From positions 187,177 through 251,176 of the forward strand of contig CABPZE010000002.1 in assembly GCA_902461815.1 (NCBI GenBank): a DNA stretch of 64,000 nt, given 5' to 3'. Under the pieces are notes generated by a model. The model worked only from the letters and a program-made list of their open reading frames with translations, had not been told where the DNA came from and ran no database searches. Numbering within the stretch: position 1 is the first letter of the stretch; each line of letters starts with the position of its first letter. The position numbers were made by a program, and so were the translations under genes. This DNA comes from an uncultured Anaerotruncus sp. (GTDB taxonomy: Bacteria; Bacillota; Clostridia; Oscillospirales; CAG-272). Of this stretch, positions 18,911 through 28,024 are shown piece after piece.

Positions 18911-19480
18911 TTATTTACCGGTCTTACCGGCTTTGCGGCGAACATTTTCACCGGCATAGCGGATACCCTTGCCGTGATAAGGCTCGGGAGGTCTCTTGCC
19001 GCGGATAACTGCCGCAGTCTGACCGACAAGCTGCTTGTCGTTACCCTTTACCACGATGGTAATGGGGGCGGCTTTTTCATTCACCTCAAAGGTGATGCCT
19101 TCGGGCTGAGCGACGGTAAGAGCCTGCTGAGGCATACCGTTGACAAGCGAGTGACCGAGGTAGAGCAGCAGATTCTTGCCCTGCATGGTTGCTCTGTAAC
19201 CGGTTCCGTTGATCTCAAGGGTCTTTGAAAAGCCTTCAGTCACACCGACGACCATATTGTGAATAAGGGCGCGGGTAAGACCGTGAAGACTTCTGTCTTC
19301 CTTTTCATCAGTGGGACGGCTCACCGTAAGATGACCGTTTTCGACTTCGAGCTTCATTCTGGGGCTGAACTTCTCGCTGAGAGTTCCGCGGGGACCCTTT
19401 ACCGTTACGAGATTGTCCTCACCGATGGTAACGGTTACACCGGCGGGAATTACGACGGGCATTCTTCCTATTCTTGACAT
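18911..19480 (-). CDS. rplF: 50S ribosomal protein L6 (uL6)
   Basis: 189 aa starting MSRIGRMPVVIPAGVTV. Confidence 0.95.
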   Translation of the reverse strand: MSRIGRMPVVIPAGVTVTIGEDNLVTVKGPRGTLSEKFSPRMKLEVENGHLTVSRPTDEKEDRSLHGLTRALIHNMVVGVTEGFSKTLEINGTGYRATMQGKNLLLYLGHSLVNGMPQQALTVAQPEGITFEVNEKAAPITIVVKGNDKQLVGQTAAVIRGKRPPEPYHGKGIRYAGENVRRKAGKTGK

Positions 19481-19496
19481 GTCTGTGCCTCCTTAC

Positions 19497-19895
19497 TCAC
19501 CATACAAAGGCAAGCACTTCGCCGCCCACATTCTCTTTGCGAGCCTGTTTGTCGGTCATGATGCCTTTTGAGGTGGATACGATGGCGATGCCGAGTCCGT
19601 TCATAACGCTGGGCATATCCTCGCAGCTTGCGTAGATGCGAAGACCGGGCTTGGACACTCTGCGGATACCGCGAAGCACCTTCTGCTTGTTGCCCTGGTA
19701 TTTGAGCGTGATACGGATAACGCCCTGCTTGCCGTCCTCGATGGTCTCAAAGCTCTTTACGTAGCCTTCGTTGACCAGGATTTCGGCGATAGCCTTTTTC
19801 ATGTTGGATGCCGGAATGTCCACAGTCGCGTGCTTTGCATCATTCGCGTTTCTGATTCTTGTGAGCATATCGGCAATTACGTCTGACATTTGCAT
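19497..19895 (-). CDS. rpsH: 30S ribosomal protein S8 (uS8)
   Basis: 132 aa starting [17 protein letters not shown]. Confidence 0.95.
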   Translation of the reverse strand: MQMSDVIADMLTRIRNANDAKHATVDIPASNMKKAIAEILVNEGYVKSFETIEDGKQGVIRITLKYQGNKQKVLRGIRRVSKPGLRIYASCEDMPSVMNGLGIAIVSTSKGIMTDKQARKENVGGEVLAFVW

Positions 19896-20039
19896 TGCTT
19901 TTTTCCTCCATATGCAAGTTGAATATCTTGCTGCCGTGCGTCCACGGCGGCGTATCGGCGGTTAAATCGGGCGCGTGGCTTGATTTCCTTCCGATAGTGT
20001 GGGGTTTAACGGGTTACGTTCGTCTTACCGCGAAGCGTA

Positions 20040-20225
20040 TTACCAGGATGCCTTTCTGACGCCCGGGATCTCACCCTTGTAGGCAAGATTGCGGAAGCAG
20101 ATACGGCAGATCCCGTATTTACGGAGATAAGCGTGGGGACGACCGCAGATTTTGCAGCGGTTGTAACGGCGGGTGGAGAACTTCGGTTCTCTCTGCTGCT
20201 TGATAATCATTGATTTCTTCGCCAT
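20040..20225 (-). CDS. rpsN: 30S ribosomal protein S14, type Z (zinc form)
   Basis: 61 aa with a [20 protein letters not shown] four-Cys motif. Confidence 0.95.
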   Translation of the reverse strand: MAKKSMIIKQQREPKFSTRRYNRCKICGRPHAYLRKYGICRICFRNLAYKGEIPGVRKASW

Positions 20226-20240
20226 TTTACCTTACCTCCT

Positions 20241-20795
20241 TTAATTTTCTGCGAAGGGTGCGCCAAGAGCCTTAAGCAGCTCGCGAGCCTCTTCGTCGCT
20301 CTGAGCGGTGGTTACGAAGCAGATGTCCATTCCGCGGATCTTGTCGACCTTGTCGTACTCGATCTCGGGGAATATGAGCTGCTCCTTCAGACCGAGGGAG
20401 TAGTTTCCTCTGCCGTCGAAAGCGTTGGGATTGATGCCCTTGAAGTCGCGTACGCGGGGGAGCGCGAAGTTGAAGAGCTTATCAACGAACTCGTACATTC
20501 TATCGCCGCGAAGGGTGACCTTTGCGCCTATCTTCATGCCCTCACGGACCTTGAAGTTAGCAACCGACTTACGGGCGTAGGTCGGAACTGCCTTCTGACC
20601 GGTAATGAGAGTCAGATCGGCGATAACGCTGTCGATAGCCTTGGAATTTTCTCTTGCATCTCCGCAGCCGACGTTGAGCACGACCTTGTCGAGCTTCGGT
20701 ATCTGCATTGAGCTCTTGTACTGGAACTTCTTCTGGAGAGCGGGAACAACGTCGCTCTTATAAAGGTCTTTAAGTCTAACCGTATATTCAGCCAT
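20241..20795 (-). CDS. rplE: 50S ribosomal protein L5 (uL5)
   Basis: 184 aa in the canonical position between rplX and rpsN. Confidence 0.95.
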   Translation of the reverse strand: MAEYTVRLKDLYKSDVVPALQKKFQYKSSMQIPKLDKVVLNVGCGDARENSKAIDSVIADLTLITGQKAVPTYARKSVANFKVREGMKIGAKVTLRGDRMYEFVDKLFNFALPRVRDFKGINPNAFDGRGNYSLGLKEQLIFPEIEYDKVDKIRGMDICFVTTAQSDEEARELLKALGAPFAEN

Positions 20796-20808
20796 TGCCT
20801 GCCCCTCC

Positions 20809-21138
20809 TCAGATTTCCTTTCCGCATTTTGCGCAAACGCGGATCTTCTTGCCGTCCTTGACGGCGGATTTTACTCTTACGCCCTTACCGCAGTCAGAGC
20901 AATAAAGAGCAACCTTGCACGCATAGATAGCACCCTCGGCATCGATAATGCCGCCGGTGTCGCCCTGTCTGCGGGGCTTTACGTGCTTGTGGATTCTGTT
21001 GACGCCCTCAACGATAACCTTGTCTTCCTTGGGGGAGACGGCGATGACCTTGTGGGTCAGCACCTTACCGTTGGCATCCTTCTTTTCCTCATACTTACCG
21101 GTGAGAAGAACAACGGTATCGCCTGTTTTGATATTCAT
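20809..21138 (-). CDS. rplX: 50S ribosomal protein L24 (uL24) with a 4-Cys C-terminal knuckle
   Basis: 109 aa with KOW motif [10 protein letters not shown]. The C-terminus reads YCSDCG...VCAKCG. Confidence 0.95.
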   Translation of the reverse strand: MNIKTGDTVVLLTGKYEEKKDANGKVLTHKVIAVSPKEDKVIVEGVNRIHKHVKPRRQGDTGGIIDAEGAIYACKVALYCSDCGKGVRVKSAVKDGKKIRVCAKCGKEI

Positions 21139-21151
21139 TATTTCTTCCTCC

Positions 21152-21520
21152 TTACAGTACTTCGGGAGCGAGGGAGAGTATCTTCAGATACTGCTTCTCG
21201 CGGAGCTCTCTGGCAACCGGCCCGAAAATACGGGTTCCGGTGGGTGTCTTATCTTCTTTGATAATAACAGCCGCGTTTTCATCAAATCTGATGTAAGAGC
21301 CGTCCGCACGCTGAATACCGTGGGTGGTTCTTACGATGACGGCCTTGACGACATCGCCCTTCTTGACCATGCCGGCGGGAGCCGCCTTTTTGACGGTAGC
21401 AACGACCACATCGCCCACACCGGCGTATCTGCGGCCTGTTCCGCCAAGAACGCGGATGCAAAGGAGCTCTTTGGCGCCGGTATTATCGGCAACCTTCATC
21501 CTTGATTCTTGCTGTATCAC
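21152..21520 (-). CDS. rplN: 50S ribosomal protein L14 (uL14)
   Basis: 122 aa starting [27 protein letters not shown]. Confidence 0.95.
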   Translation of the reverse strand: MIQQESRMKVADNTGAKELLCIRVLGGTGRRYAGVGDVVVATVKKAAPAGMVKKGDVVKAVIVRTTHGIQRADGSYIRFDENAAVIIKEDKTPTGTRIFGPVARELREKQYLKILSLAPEVL

Positions 21521-21587
21521 TTTGCGTTTCCTCCTGATTCAATACGATTTTCGACGTATCTACTGTTTCGCATACAATGTGTGCTGA

Positions 21588-21845
21588 TTATTTGGCTTTT
21601 TCCACCACGGATACAACGCGCCATCTCTTTGTTTTGGAAAGAGGACGGGTCTCCATGATGCTGACCTTATCACCTATGCCGCACTCATTGTTCTCGTCGT
21701 GAGCATGAACCTTGAGCGTACGCTTGATGATCTTGCCGTATATCGGGTGCTTTACGTTGTCCTCGATGGCAACCGTAACGGTCTTGTCCATCTTGTCGCT
21801 GACAACGATGCCGACGCGGGTTTTTCTGAGGTTTCTTTCTTCCAT
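21588..21845 (-). CDS. rpsQ: 30S ribosomal protein S17 (uS17)
   Basis: Internal ATG 21845 gives the 85-aa [23 protein letters not shown]. The track ORF is over-extended. Confidence 0.92.
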   Translation of the reverse strand: MEERNLRKTRVGIVVSDKMDKTVTVAIEDNVKHPIYGKIIKRTLKVHAHDENNECGIGDKVSIMETRPLSKTKRWRVVSVVEKAK

Positions 21846-21864
21846 GATTCTGCCTCCCATACGC

Positions 21865-22062
21865 TTATGCGTTCTTCGCGTTCTTATCATTAAGAACGGT
21901 CATCACGCGGGCGATATCCTTTTTCACTTCACCTATGCGGTTGGTGTTTTCCAGCTGGTTGATCGCAAGCTGGAAGCGGAGGTTGAACAGTTCTTCCTTC
22001 AGTTCCTTCAGCTTATTGTTGAGCTGTTCGGAAGTCATCTCTCTGATCTCGCTGACTTTCAC
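21865..22062 (-). CDS. rpmC: 50S ribosomal protein L29 (uL29)
   Basis: 65 aa starting [31 protein letters not shown]. Confidence 0.95.
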   Translation of the reverse strand: MKVSEIREMTSEQLNNKLKELKEELFNLRFQLAINQLENTNRIGEVKKDIARVMTVLNDKNAKNA

Positions 22063-22484
22063 TGTGATACCTCCTCGTCCGCCTTTTTAACGAATTTGCA
22101 CTTGATAGGCAGCTTGTGCGACGCAAGACGCATAGCTTCCTTTGCGTCATCCTCGCTGACGCCGCTCATTTCAAACATGACACGTCCGGGCTTTACCACG
22201 GCGACCCAGTACTCGGGAGAACCTTTACCGGAACCCATTCGGGTCTCAGCGGGCTTCTCGGTGATGGGCTTGTCGGGGAAAATCTTTGTCCAGACATTAC
22301 CGCCACGCTTGATGTAACGCGTCATAGCGATACGGGCAGCCTCGATCTGCGCGCTTGTGATCCAAGCGGGCTCGAGAGCCATAAGTCCGTATTCACCGTA
22401 AGTGACGGTGTTGCCTCTTGTGGCTTTACCCTTAAGTCTGCCGCGCTGGACACGGCGGAACTTAACTCTTTTAGGCATTAACAT
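22059..22484 (-). CDS. rplP: 50S ribosomal protein L16 (uL16)
   Basis: 141 aa starting [19 protein letters not shown]. Confidence 0.95.
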   Translation of the reverse strand: MLMPKRVKFRRVQRGRLKGKATRGNTVTYGEYGLMALEPAWITSAQIEAARIAMTRYIKRGGNVWTKIFPDKPITEKPAETRMGSGKGSPEYWVAVVKPGRVMFEMSGVSEDDAKEAMRLASHKLPIKCKFVKKADEEVSQ

Positions 22485-23341
22485 TATTTCTTGCCCCCTT
22501 CTCTCGCTTCTCTGGGTGCACGGTCGCCCGACTGCGGTCTTGCCGGTCTGTCACCGCGGAAGTTGTTGCCGCGGGGTGCGCCGGAATTTCTGCGGTCACC
22601 GCGACGGTTGTCGCGTCCGCCGTTTCTACGGTCACCGCGGTTGTCGCGGCCGTCATTTCTGCGCTCGCGGCGCTCACGGGTCGCGCCGGCAGCGTTGAGA
22701 ACTTCGCCGTTGTATATCCAGACCTTAACGCCTACCTTACCGTAGGTGGTGTTGGCTTCCCAGAAACCGTAGTCGATGTCGGCTCTGAGAGTCTGAAGCG
22801 GAATAGTTCCCTCGTGATAATGCTCGGTACGGGCAATTTCTGCTCCGCCAAGACGTCCGCCGCAGGAGATCTTGATTCCGCGTGCGCCAAGACGCATGGT
22901 GTTGCGGATAGCCATCTTCATCGCGCGGCGGAATGCCACACGACCTTCAAGCTGACCGGCAATGTTCTCAGCAACGAGCTGAGCGTTGAGATCGGGGTTG
23001 CGGATCTCGACGACGTTAAGGGAAACGGGAATCTGCTTTCCACTCTGATCCTTGCCGACGAGCTTCTCAACCTTTGACTTGAGAACCTCAATATTCTCAC
23101 CGCCGCGGCCGATCACAAGACCCGGTTTTGCGCAGTGGATATAAACTCTGACCTTGTACTGATCGCGTTCGATCTCGATCTTCGGTACGCCCGCCTTCTG
23201 AAGCTCGCTCTTGAGCATCTTGCGGATGTTGTAGTCGGATACGAGCACGTCGCCGAATACTTCGTCCTTGACGCACCATCTCGAATCCCAATCCTTGATC
23301 ACGCCCACACGAAGGCCGTGAGGATTAACTTTCTGTCCCAT
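22484..23341 (-). CDS. rpsC: 30S ribosomal protein S3 (uS3) with ~66-aa R/G/D/N-rich C-terminal extension
   Basis: 285 aa starting [22 protein letters not shown]. The tail reads [31 protein letters not shown]... Confidence 0.95.
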   Translation of the reverse strand: MGQKVNPHGLRVGVIKDWDSRWCVKDEVFGDVLVSDYNIRKMLKSELQKAGVPKIEIERDQYKVRVYIHCAKPGLVIGRGGENIEVLKSKVEKLVGKDQSGKQIPVSLNVVEIRNPDLNAQLVAENIAGQLEGRVAFRRAMKMAIRNTMRLGARGIKISCGGRLGGAEIARTEHYHEGTIPLQTLRADIDYGFWEANTTYGKVGVKVWIYNGEVLNAAGATRERRERRNDGRDNRGDRRNGGRDNRRGDRRNSGAPRGNNFRGDRPARPQSGDRAPREAREGGKK

Positions 23342-23694
23342 TACGCATTGACCTCCTTGGTTTCTCTCTCCTTGACTGCAAGGGTAACATGTGACGTTCT
23401 CTTGAGAATTCTGTCGCCCGAACCCTTGGCTCTGGGCATCATTCTCTTAAGGGTGGGTCCGGGACACACAAAGCACTCGCTTACGTAGAGCTTTGATGTA
23501 TCCATGTGGAAGTTGTGGTCTGCGTTGGCAATTGCGCTCTTGAGCAGCTTGATAAGCTCCTCGGAGGCTGCCTTGGGGGTGTGCTTCAGAATCGCCATTG
23601 CGACGTCTGCGTCTTTACCGCGGATAAGGTCGAGAACTATTTTCACCTTTCGGGGAGAAATGCGCACGTATTTAAGATAAGCTTTTGCTTCCAT
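23341..23694 (-). CDS. rplV: 50S ribosomal protein L22 (uL22)
   Basis: 117 aa starting [17 protein letters not shown]. Confidence 0.95.
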   Translation of the reverse strand: MEAKAYLKYVRISPRKVKIVLDLIRGKDADVAMAILKHTPKAASEELIKLLKSAIANADHNFHMDTSKLYVSECFVCPGPTLKRMMPRAKGSGDRILKRTSHVTLAVKERETKEVNA

Positions 23695-23711
23695 AATCCT
23701 TATGCCTCCCC

Positions 23712-23990
23712 TTAGTTGCTGTTAGACGTCTTTGAACCGGAGTGACCCTTGAAAAGACGTGTAGGAGCGAACTCGCCCAGTCTGTGGCCGACCATATCCT
23801 CGATGATGTACACCGGGACATGCTTGCGGCCGTCATGGACGGCGATAGTGTGACCAACGAATTCGGGGAATATGACCGAAGCACGGGACCAGGTCTTTAT
23901 GACCTTCTTCTCGTTTTTGGCATTCATGGCGCAAATACGGTCGTAGAGCTTCTTTTCTACGAACGGCGCCTTTTTAAGACTTCTGCTCAT
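23712..23990 (-). CDS. rpsS: 30S ribosomal protein S19 (uS19)
   Basis: 92 aa starting [15 protein letters not shown]. Confidence 0.95.
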   Translation of the reverse strand: MSRSLKKAPFVEKKLYDRICAMNAKNEKKVIKTWSRASVIFPEFVGHTIAVHDGRKHVPVYIIEDMVGHRLGEFAPTRLFKGHSGSKTSNSN

Positions 23991-24003
23991 TTATATTCCC
24001 TCC

Positions 24004-24834
24004 TTACTTAGCGTTTCTGTGTTTGACGATGAACTTTTCGGTTCTCGCCTTCTTATTTCTCGTCTTATAGCCGAGAGCGGGCTTGCCCCACGGAGTAAGC
24101 GGACCAGGATGTCCTACCGGAGACTTGCCCTCGCCGCCGCCGTGCGGGTGATCGCAGGGGTTCATGACTGAACCGCGGACGGTGGGACGGACGCCCTTGT
24201 GACGGGTCTTACCTGCCTTACCGAGCTTGACTGTGTCGTGCTCGATGTTGCCGACCTGACCGATCGTCGCCTTGCAATCAAGGCGGATCTGTCTGACTTC
24301 ACCTGAGGGCAGACGGACCAGGCACACGCCGTTTTCCTTGGAAATGAGCTGTGCGGCAGCGCCGGCGGAGCGAACAAGCTGACCGCCCTTGCCGGGGTAA
24401 AGCTCGATGTTGTAGATAATGGTACCTACAGGAATGTTTGCAACGGGAAGTGTGTTACCGGGCTTGATATCGGCGTCGGGACCGCAGTAAACGGTATCAC
24501 CGGCGGTAAGTCCGACAGGAGCGATAACGTAGCTCTTCTCGCCGGCTTCGGTCTGAAGCAGTGCGATGTAAGCGGTACGGTTGGGGTCGTATTCAATACC
24601 GATGACCTTTGCCGGCGCCTCGTTAAGACGGCGGAAGTCGATGATACGGTATTTCTGCTTGTTGCCGCCGCCTCTGTGACGGACGGTGATCTTGCCGTTC
24701 GCGTTGCGTCCGGCATTCTTCTTCTTGATAACGATAAGGCTCTTTTCGGGGCTGAACTTGGTCAGTTCCTCGAAGGTGGGCAGAGTCATCTGTCTTCTTG
24801 AAGGAGTGGTGGGTTTAAGTTTGATCGTAGGCAT
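24004..24834 (-). CDS. rplB: 50S ribosomal protein L2 (uL2)
   Basis: 276 aa containing [17 protein letters not shown]. Confidence 0.95.
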   Translation of the reverse strand: MPTIKLKPTTPSRRQMTLPTFEELTKFSPEKSLIVIKKKNAGRNANGKITVRHRGGGNKQKYRIIDFRRLNEAPAKVIGIEYDPNRTAYIALLQTEAGEKSYVIAPVGLTAGDTVYCGPDADIKPGNTLPVANIPVGTIIYNIELYPGKGGQLVRSAGAAAQLISKENGVCLVRLPSGEVRQIRLDCKATIGQVGNIEHDTVKLGKAGKTRHKGVRPTVRGSVMNPCDHPHGGGEGKSPVGHPGPLTPWGKPALGYKTRNKKARTEKFIVKHRNAK

Positions 24835-24854
24835 TATTCTTTCCTCCTACTTTC

Positions 24855-25151
24855 TCAGTTCATACCGTCGAAGAAGGCAATGGTCTTCGAGTCTTCGGTA
24901 AGGGTAACTATGGCTTTCTTCCATTCGGAGGTGTAGCCGAAGTGTACGCCGAGTCTCTTGGGCTTGCGCTTCATCGTGATGGTGTTGACGGAGGCAACCT
25001 TTACGCCGAACATTGTCTCGACCGCTTCTGCGATCTCGGGCTTGGTGGCGCTGCTCATTACCTTGAAAACATACTTTTTCTGATTCATCATATCCATACC
25101 GGCTTCGCTGATGACCGGCTTTATGATGATATCCTGTACCATTTTCTTCAT
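24855..25151 (-). CDS. rplW: 50S ribosomal protein L23 (uL23)
   Basis: 98 aa. Position between rplD and rplB, with a 4-nt overlap with the rplD stop. Confidence 0.93.
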   Translation of the reverse strand: MKKMVQDIIIKPVISEAGMDMMNQKKYVFKVMSSATKPEIAEAVETMFGVKVASVNTITMKRKPKRLGVHFGYTSEWKKAIVTLTEDSKTIAFFDGMN

Positions 25152-25834
25152 GCGTACACCTCCTCAAGCTTTTCGACAGCCTCGCGTGTCATGACCAGCT
25201 TTTCGGCATTCAGAACGTCGTAGACGTTGATGGTGCTGTAAAGGGTGGTCGCTGCAGTGGGAATATTGTCGCAGCTCTTGATCACGTGCTTGTCAACCTC
25301 AGGGAGAACGAGCAGGGTCTTCTCGGCAACCTTGGCGGTGCGGGTCTTGACCTCGCCGTTTTCCTTGTAATTCTTCGTGACTTCCTTGGTAAGTCCGAGA
25401 GCGGCAAACATACCGACCATCGCGGAGGTCTTGTAAGCATCGAGCTTTACGGAATCCACAACGACGAGATTGCCCTCGGCGACCTTAGCGGAAAGCGCGC
25501 TCGCAAGAGCGGCTCTGCGGGTCTTCTTGTTAAGCGTTACGCGGTAGTCTCTGGGCTTCGGTCCGAGAGCCACGCCGCCGTGTGTCCACTGAGGAGAACG
25601 AGTCGAACCCTGACGGGCGCGTCCGGTTCCCTTCTGTCTCCAGGGCTTTCTTCCGCCGCCCGAAACCTCGGTGCGGGTAAGAGTGGACTGTGTGCCCTGT
25701 CTCTGATTGAGCAGATATGCTCTGACCGCGGCATGGAGAACGGGGCCTGAGACCTCAGCTCCGAAAAGCTTTTCGGAGAGGTTGATTTCGCCGACCTCTT
25801 TGCCTGTCATATCAACAACTTTTACGCTAGGCAT
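25148..25834 (-). CDS. rplD: 50S ribosomal protein L4 (uL4)
   Basis: 228 aa containing SGGGRKPWRQKGTGRARQGS. Confidence 0.95.
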   Translation of the reverse strand: MPSVKVVDMTGKEVGEINLSEKLFGAEVSGPVLHAAVRAYLLNQRQGTQSTLTRTEVSGGGRKPWRQKGTGRARQGSTRSPQWTHGGVALGPKPRDYRVTLNKKTRRAALASALSAKVAEGNLVVVDSVKLDAYKTSAMVGMFAALGLTKEVTKNYKENGEVKTRTAKVAEKTLLVLPEVDKHVIKSCDNIPTAATTLYSTINVYDVLNAEKLVMTREAVEKLEEVYA

Positions 25835-25853
25835 TGTTTATCCTCCTTGTCTC

Positions 25854-26486
25854 TCATGCCTTGATCGAATCGCGGATAAACACGATGCCGCCTTTTACTC
25901 CGGGGACAGCGCCGCGGATGGCGATAAGGTTGTTTTCCTTGTCGATCTTGACTACGTTCAGATTAAGGATGGTGACCTGTTCGTGACCGTACTGACCTGC
26001 CATCTTCTTGTTCTTGAACACGCGGGACGGGCTGGAGTTTGCGCCCATTGAGCCGACCTCACGGTGTACAGGTCCGACTCCGTGCGTCATCTTCAGTCTG
26101 TGGTGATTCCATCTCTTGATAACGCCGGTGTATCCGTGTCCCTTGGTCGTACCGGTAACGTCGACCTTATCGCCTACGGCGAAGGTTTCGACAGATACGA
26201 CGTCGCCGACCGAATAAGCTGAGCAATCGTCAAGACGGAACTCCTTGAGGTGCTTCTTCACCGCAAGACCGTTCTTTTCGAAGTGTCCCGCTTCGGCTTT
26301 GTTCGTCTGCTTTGCTTTTGCATCCGTAAAGCCAAGCTGTACGGCCTCATAGCCGTCGCGTTCTGCGGTCTTGCGCTGTGCGACAACGCAGGGACCCGCC
26401 TGAATCACCGTTACCGGGATGACGTTTCCGACCTCGTCGAAAATCTGTGTCATACCGATTTTCTTACCGATAATTCCTTTTTTCAT
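25854..26486 (-). CDS. rplC: 50S ribosomal protein L3 (uL3)
   Basis: 210 aa starting MKKGIIGKKIGMTQIFDE. Confidence 0.95.
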   Translation of the reverse strand: MKKGIIGKKIGMTQIFDEVGNVIPVTVIQAGPCVVAQRKTAERDGYEAVQLGFTDAKAKQTNKAEAGHFEKNGLAVKKHLKEFRLDDCSAYSVGDVVSVETFAVGDKVDVTGTTKGHGYTGVIKRWNHHRLKMTHGVGPVHREVGSMGANSSPSRVFKNKKMAGQYGHEQVTILNLNVVKIDKENNLIAIRGAVPGVKGGIVFIRDSIKA

Positions 26487-26615
26487 TTTTCCTCCTGTGG
26501 GTTATTGGTTGGCGTTTTGAGATTTTCCTTTCGGATTGCGCCAACTTGACCAACAAGTACCCCTTTTGGGGGCTTGTCTTCTGGGTTTTGCCGAGACTTT
26601 GGCATCCCGTCACGC

Positions 26616-26927
26616 TCAGAGTGTGACCTGGATGTCAACGCCGGCGGGGAGCTCGATGTTCATCAGCTCTTCTGTCAGCTTCTTTGACGGTTTTACGATG
26701 TCAATCAGTCTCTTATGGTTGCGAAGCTCGAACTGCTCACGGCTGTCCTTGTATTTGTGGACCGCACGGAGAATGGTAACGATCTCCTTCTCGGTAGGGA
26801 GCGGAACAGGTCCGGAAACCTCAGCACCGTTGCGCTTTGCAACTTCGACGATTTTCGCCGCCGCCGCATCGACCAGAGTGTGGTCGTAGCTCTTAAGACG
26901 GATTCTGATCTTCTCTTTAACTGCCAT
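26616..26927 (-). CDS. rpsJ: 30S ribosomal protein S10 (uS10)
   Basis: Internal ATG 26927 gives the 103-aa [16 protein letters not shown] with a GAGGAGG RBS. The 72-codon N-terminal extension in the ORF track is leader sequence. Confidence 0.93.
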   Translation of the reverse strand: MAVKEKIRIRLKSYDHTLVDAAAAKIVEVAKRNGAEVSGPVPLPTEKEIVTILRAVHKYKDSREQFELRNHKRLIDIVKPSKKLTEELMNIELPAGVDIQVTL

Positions 26928-27312
26928 TGATTTTGCCTCCTCATTGGATTTACGCGCACCGCGTATTATAATATTGAAGCTTTTGCGCGTCCTGCGTTCC
27001 TTATGACGGGGGCTTTTTGTTTTGCACCGACCCGTGCGTTTCTTTTTCCGGCCATACAAAAACCGAAATCTGTCGCCTCCGTCCGTCACGATAAGACGGC
27101 TGCGCAAATTCCGGAAAACGGCGCAAAGAAAACCGCGGGGCAATCAGGGATTGCCGGGTGCTTAACTTTACCCTTCGACTGCACGCGGTTTCCCGCAGCA
27201 ATCGGCTTTCGCCCGGTTAAAACGGACATACTCCACGAAAATTACCCGCCTCGACGGTAGCTTCGGCGGCAACCTTTCGCTTCAACGCATACTTCGCACA
27301 TCAAGCTTTGTT
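26928..27312 (-). promoter_or_regulatory. ~385-nt structured 5' leader of the S10 operon, with an internal terminator-like hairpin (27122-27155)
   Basis: Lies between the promoter (27313-27341) and the rpsJ ATG. Contains several GNRA-capped hairpins (GGCGAAAGCC, GCGGGAAACCGC). Hairpin GGCAATC-CCT-GATTGCC is followed by CCGCGGTTTTCTTTGCG on the minus strand. No credible ORF. Confidence 0.55.
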
Positions 27313-27341
27313 ATTATACAATAAATGACACCATTATGCAA
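27313..27341 (-). promoter_or_regulatory. SigA-type promoter of the S10-spc-alpha supercluster
   Basis: Minus strand TTGCAT (27341-27336), 17 nt, TATAAT (27318-27313). Confidence 0.7.
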
Positions 27342-27391
27342 TATGGGATAAGGGAGAATTTTCACAAATATTCTTTTTATTTTTGTGCAAT

Positions 27392-27979
27392 TTACACATT
27401 ATCGCTGTTTGCGTCAAGCAGATTGGAAGCGCTCTCCCGCAAACGTTCCCTGAGCCACGCCGGACTGATTATCCTGACCGGTGCTCCAATCGCCATAAGC
27501 ACGCCGAGAAACGCCTCAACACTTCCGAACTCACAGTAATATCGGTTCTCCCCTCCGCTTTTTCTGCGCACCGGGACCCGTCCGGTTATTATCTTTCCAA
27601 GCTTCATGACCGTCAGCTTGTCGGGAATTTCAAGCAGTGCGTCATACGGAATGCTCATCTGCGTCGCGCCGTCGGAGGCAAGCACACCGCCGTCTCCGGA
27701 CATATCCCCCATCTCGGCAATAAGACCGACATAGTCATCCGGCTCGGCAACATTTATCGAGGCGGGGAGCGAAAAATCTGCAGTATAGCAAAAGCCGCGA
27801 TGCTTTGAATCGTACGTCAAAGGGGCGCCGAGCTCACGGCGCATATATTCCACATCCCTCGTCGCCTGGCGGCGTGAGATACCGAAGCGCTCGGAAAGCC
27901 GGACGGCGTTGGGGTAACAGCCGTCCGATATCCGTTTATGAAGCCATCTGATCCTTTCGTCAGCCGATGCACCGCTCAT
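27392..27979 (-). CDS. HTH transcriptional regulator, YafY/WYL-family-like but short (HTH + WCX-like C-terminus)
   Basis: 195 aa. N-terminal HTH is YPNAVRLSERFGISRRQATRDVEYMR. The C-terminal ...GAPVRIISPAWLRERL resembles the end of WYL-family regulators. The central WYL domain looks absent or reduced. Confidence 0.5.
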   Translation of the reverse strand: MSGASADERIRWLHKRISDGCYPNAVRLSERFGISRRQATRDVEYMRRELGAPLTYDSKHRGFCYTADFSLPASINVAEPDDYVGLIAEMGDMSGDGGVLASDGATQMSIPYDALLEIPDKLTVMKLGKIITGRVPVRRKSGGENRYYCEFGSVEAFLGVLMAIGAPVRIISPAWLRERLRESASNLLDANSDNV

Positions 27980-28024
27980 TCTGAACTTACGCCCTTTCTG
28001 AAAAGTTACGGGTCGCGCGTGAAA

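Noticed and set aside
26928-27143. 72-codon N-terminal extension of the rpsJ ORF in the track.
   Set aside because: The uS10 family starts at [11 protein letters not shown] with a good RBS. The extension is Arg-rich leader sequence.
27242-27301. 19-codon ORF (MCEVCVEAKGCRRSYRRGG) at the very 5' end of the S10 leader, as a possible leader peptide.
   Set aside because: It has no Shine-Dalgarno sequence and starts within ~10 nt of the predicted TSS, and I have no conservation evidence. It is mentioned only because Cys-rich leader peptides exist.
26928-27312. Possibility that the long S10 upstream region is a known housekeeping RNA (RNase P, SRP/scRNA, 6S, tmRNA, T-box or a common riboswitch).
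   Set aside because: I could not find the hallmark conserved boxes of any of these (e.g. GGAAGCAGC of SRP, the T-box AAUUGGGUGGUACCGCG-like box, the RNase P GAGGAAAGUCC, or a tmRNA tag ORF). A covariance-model scan is still needed.
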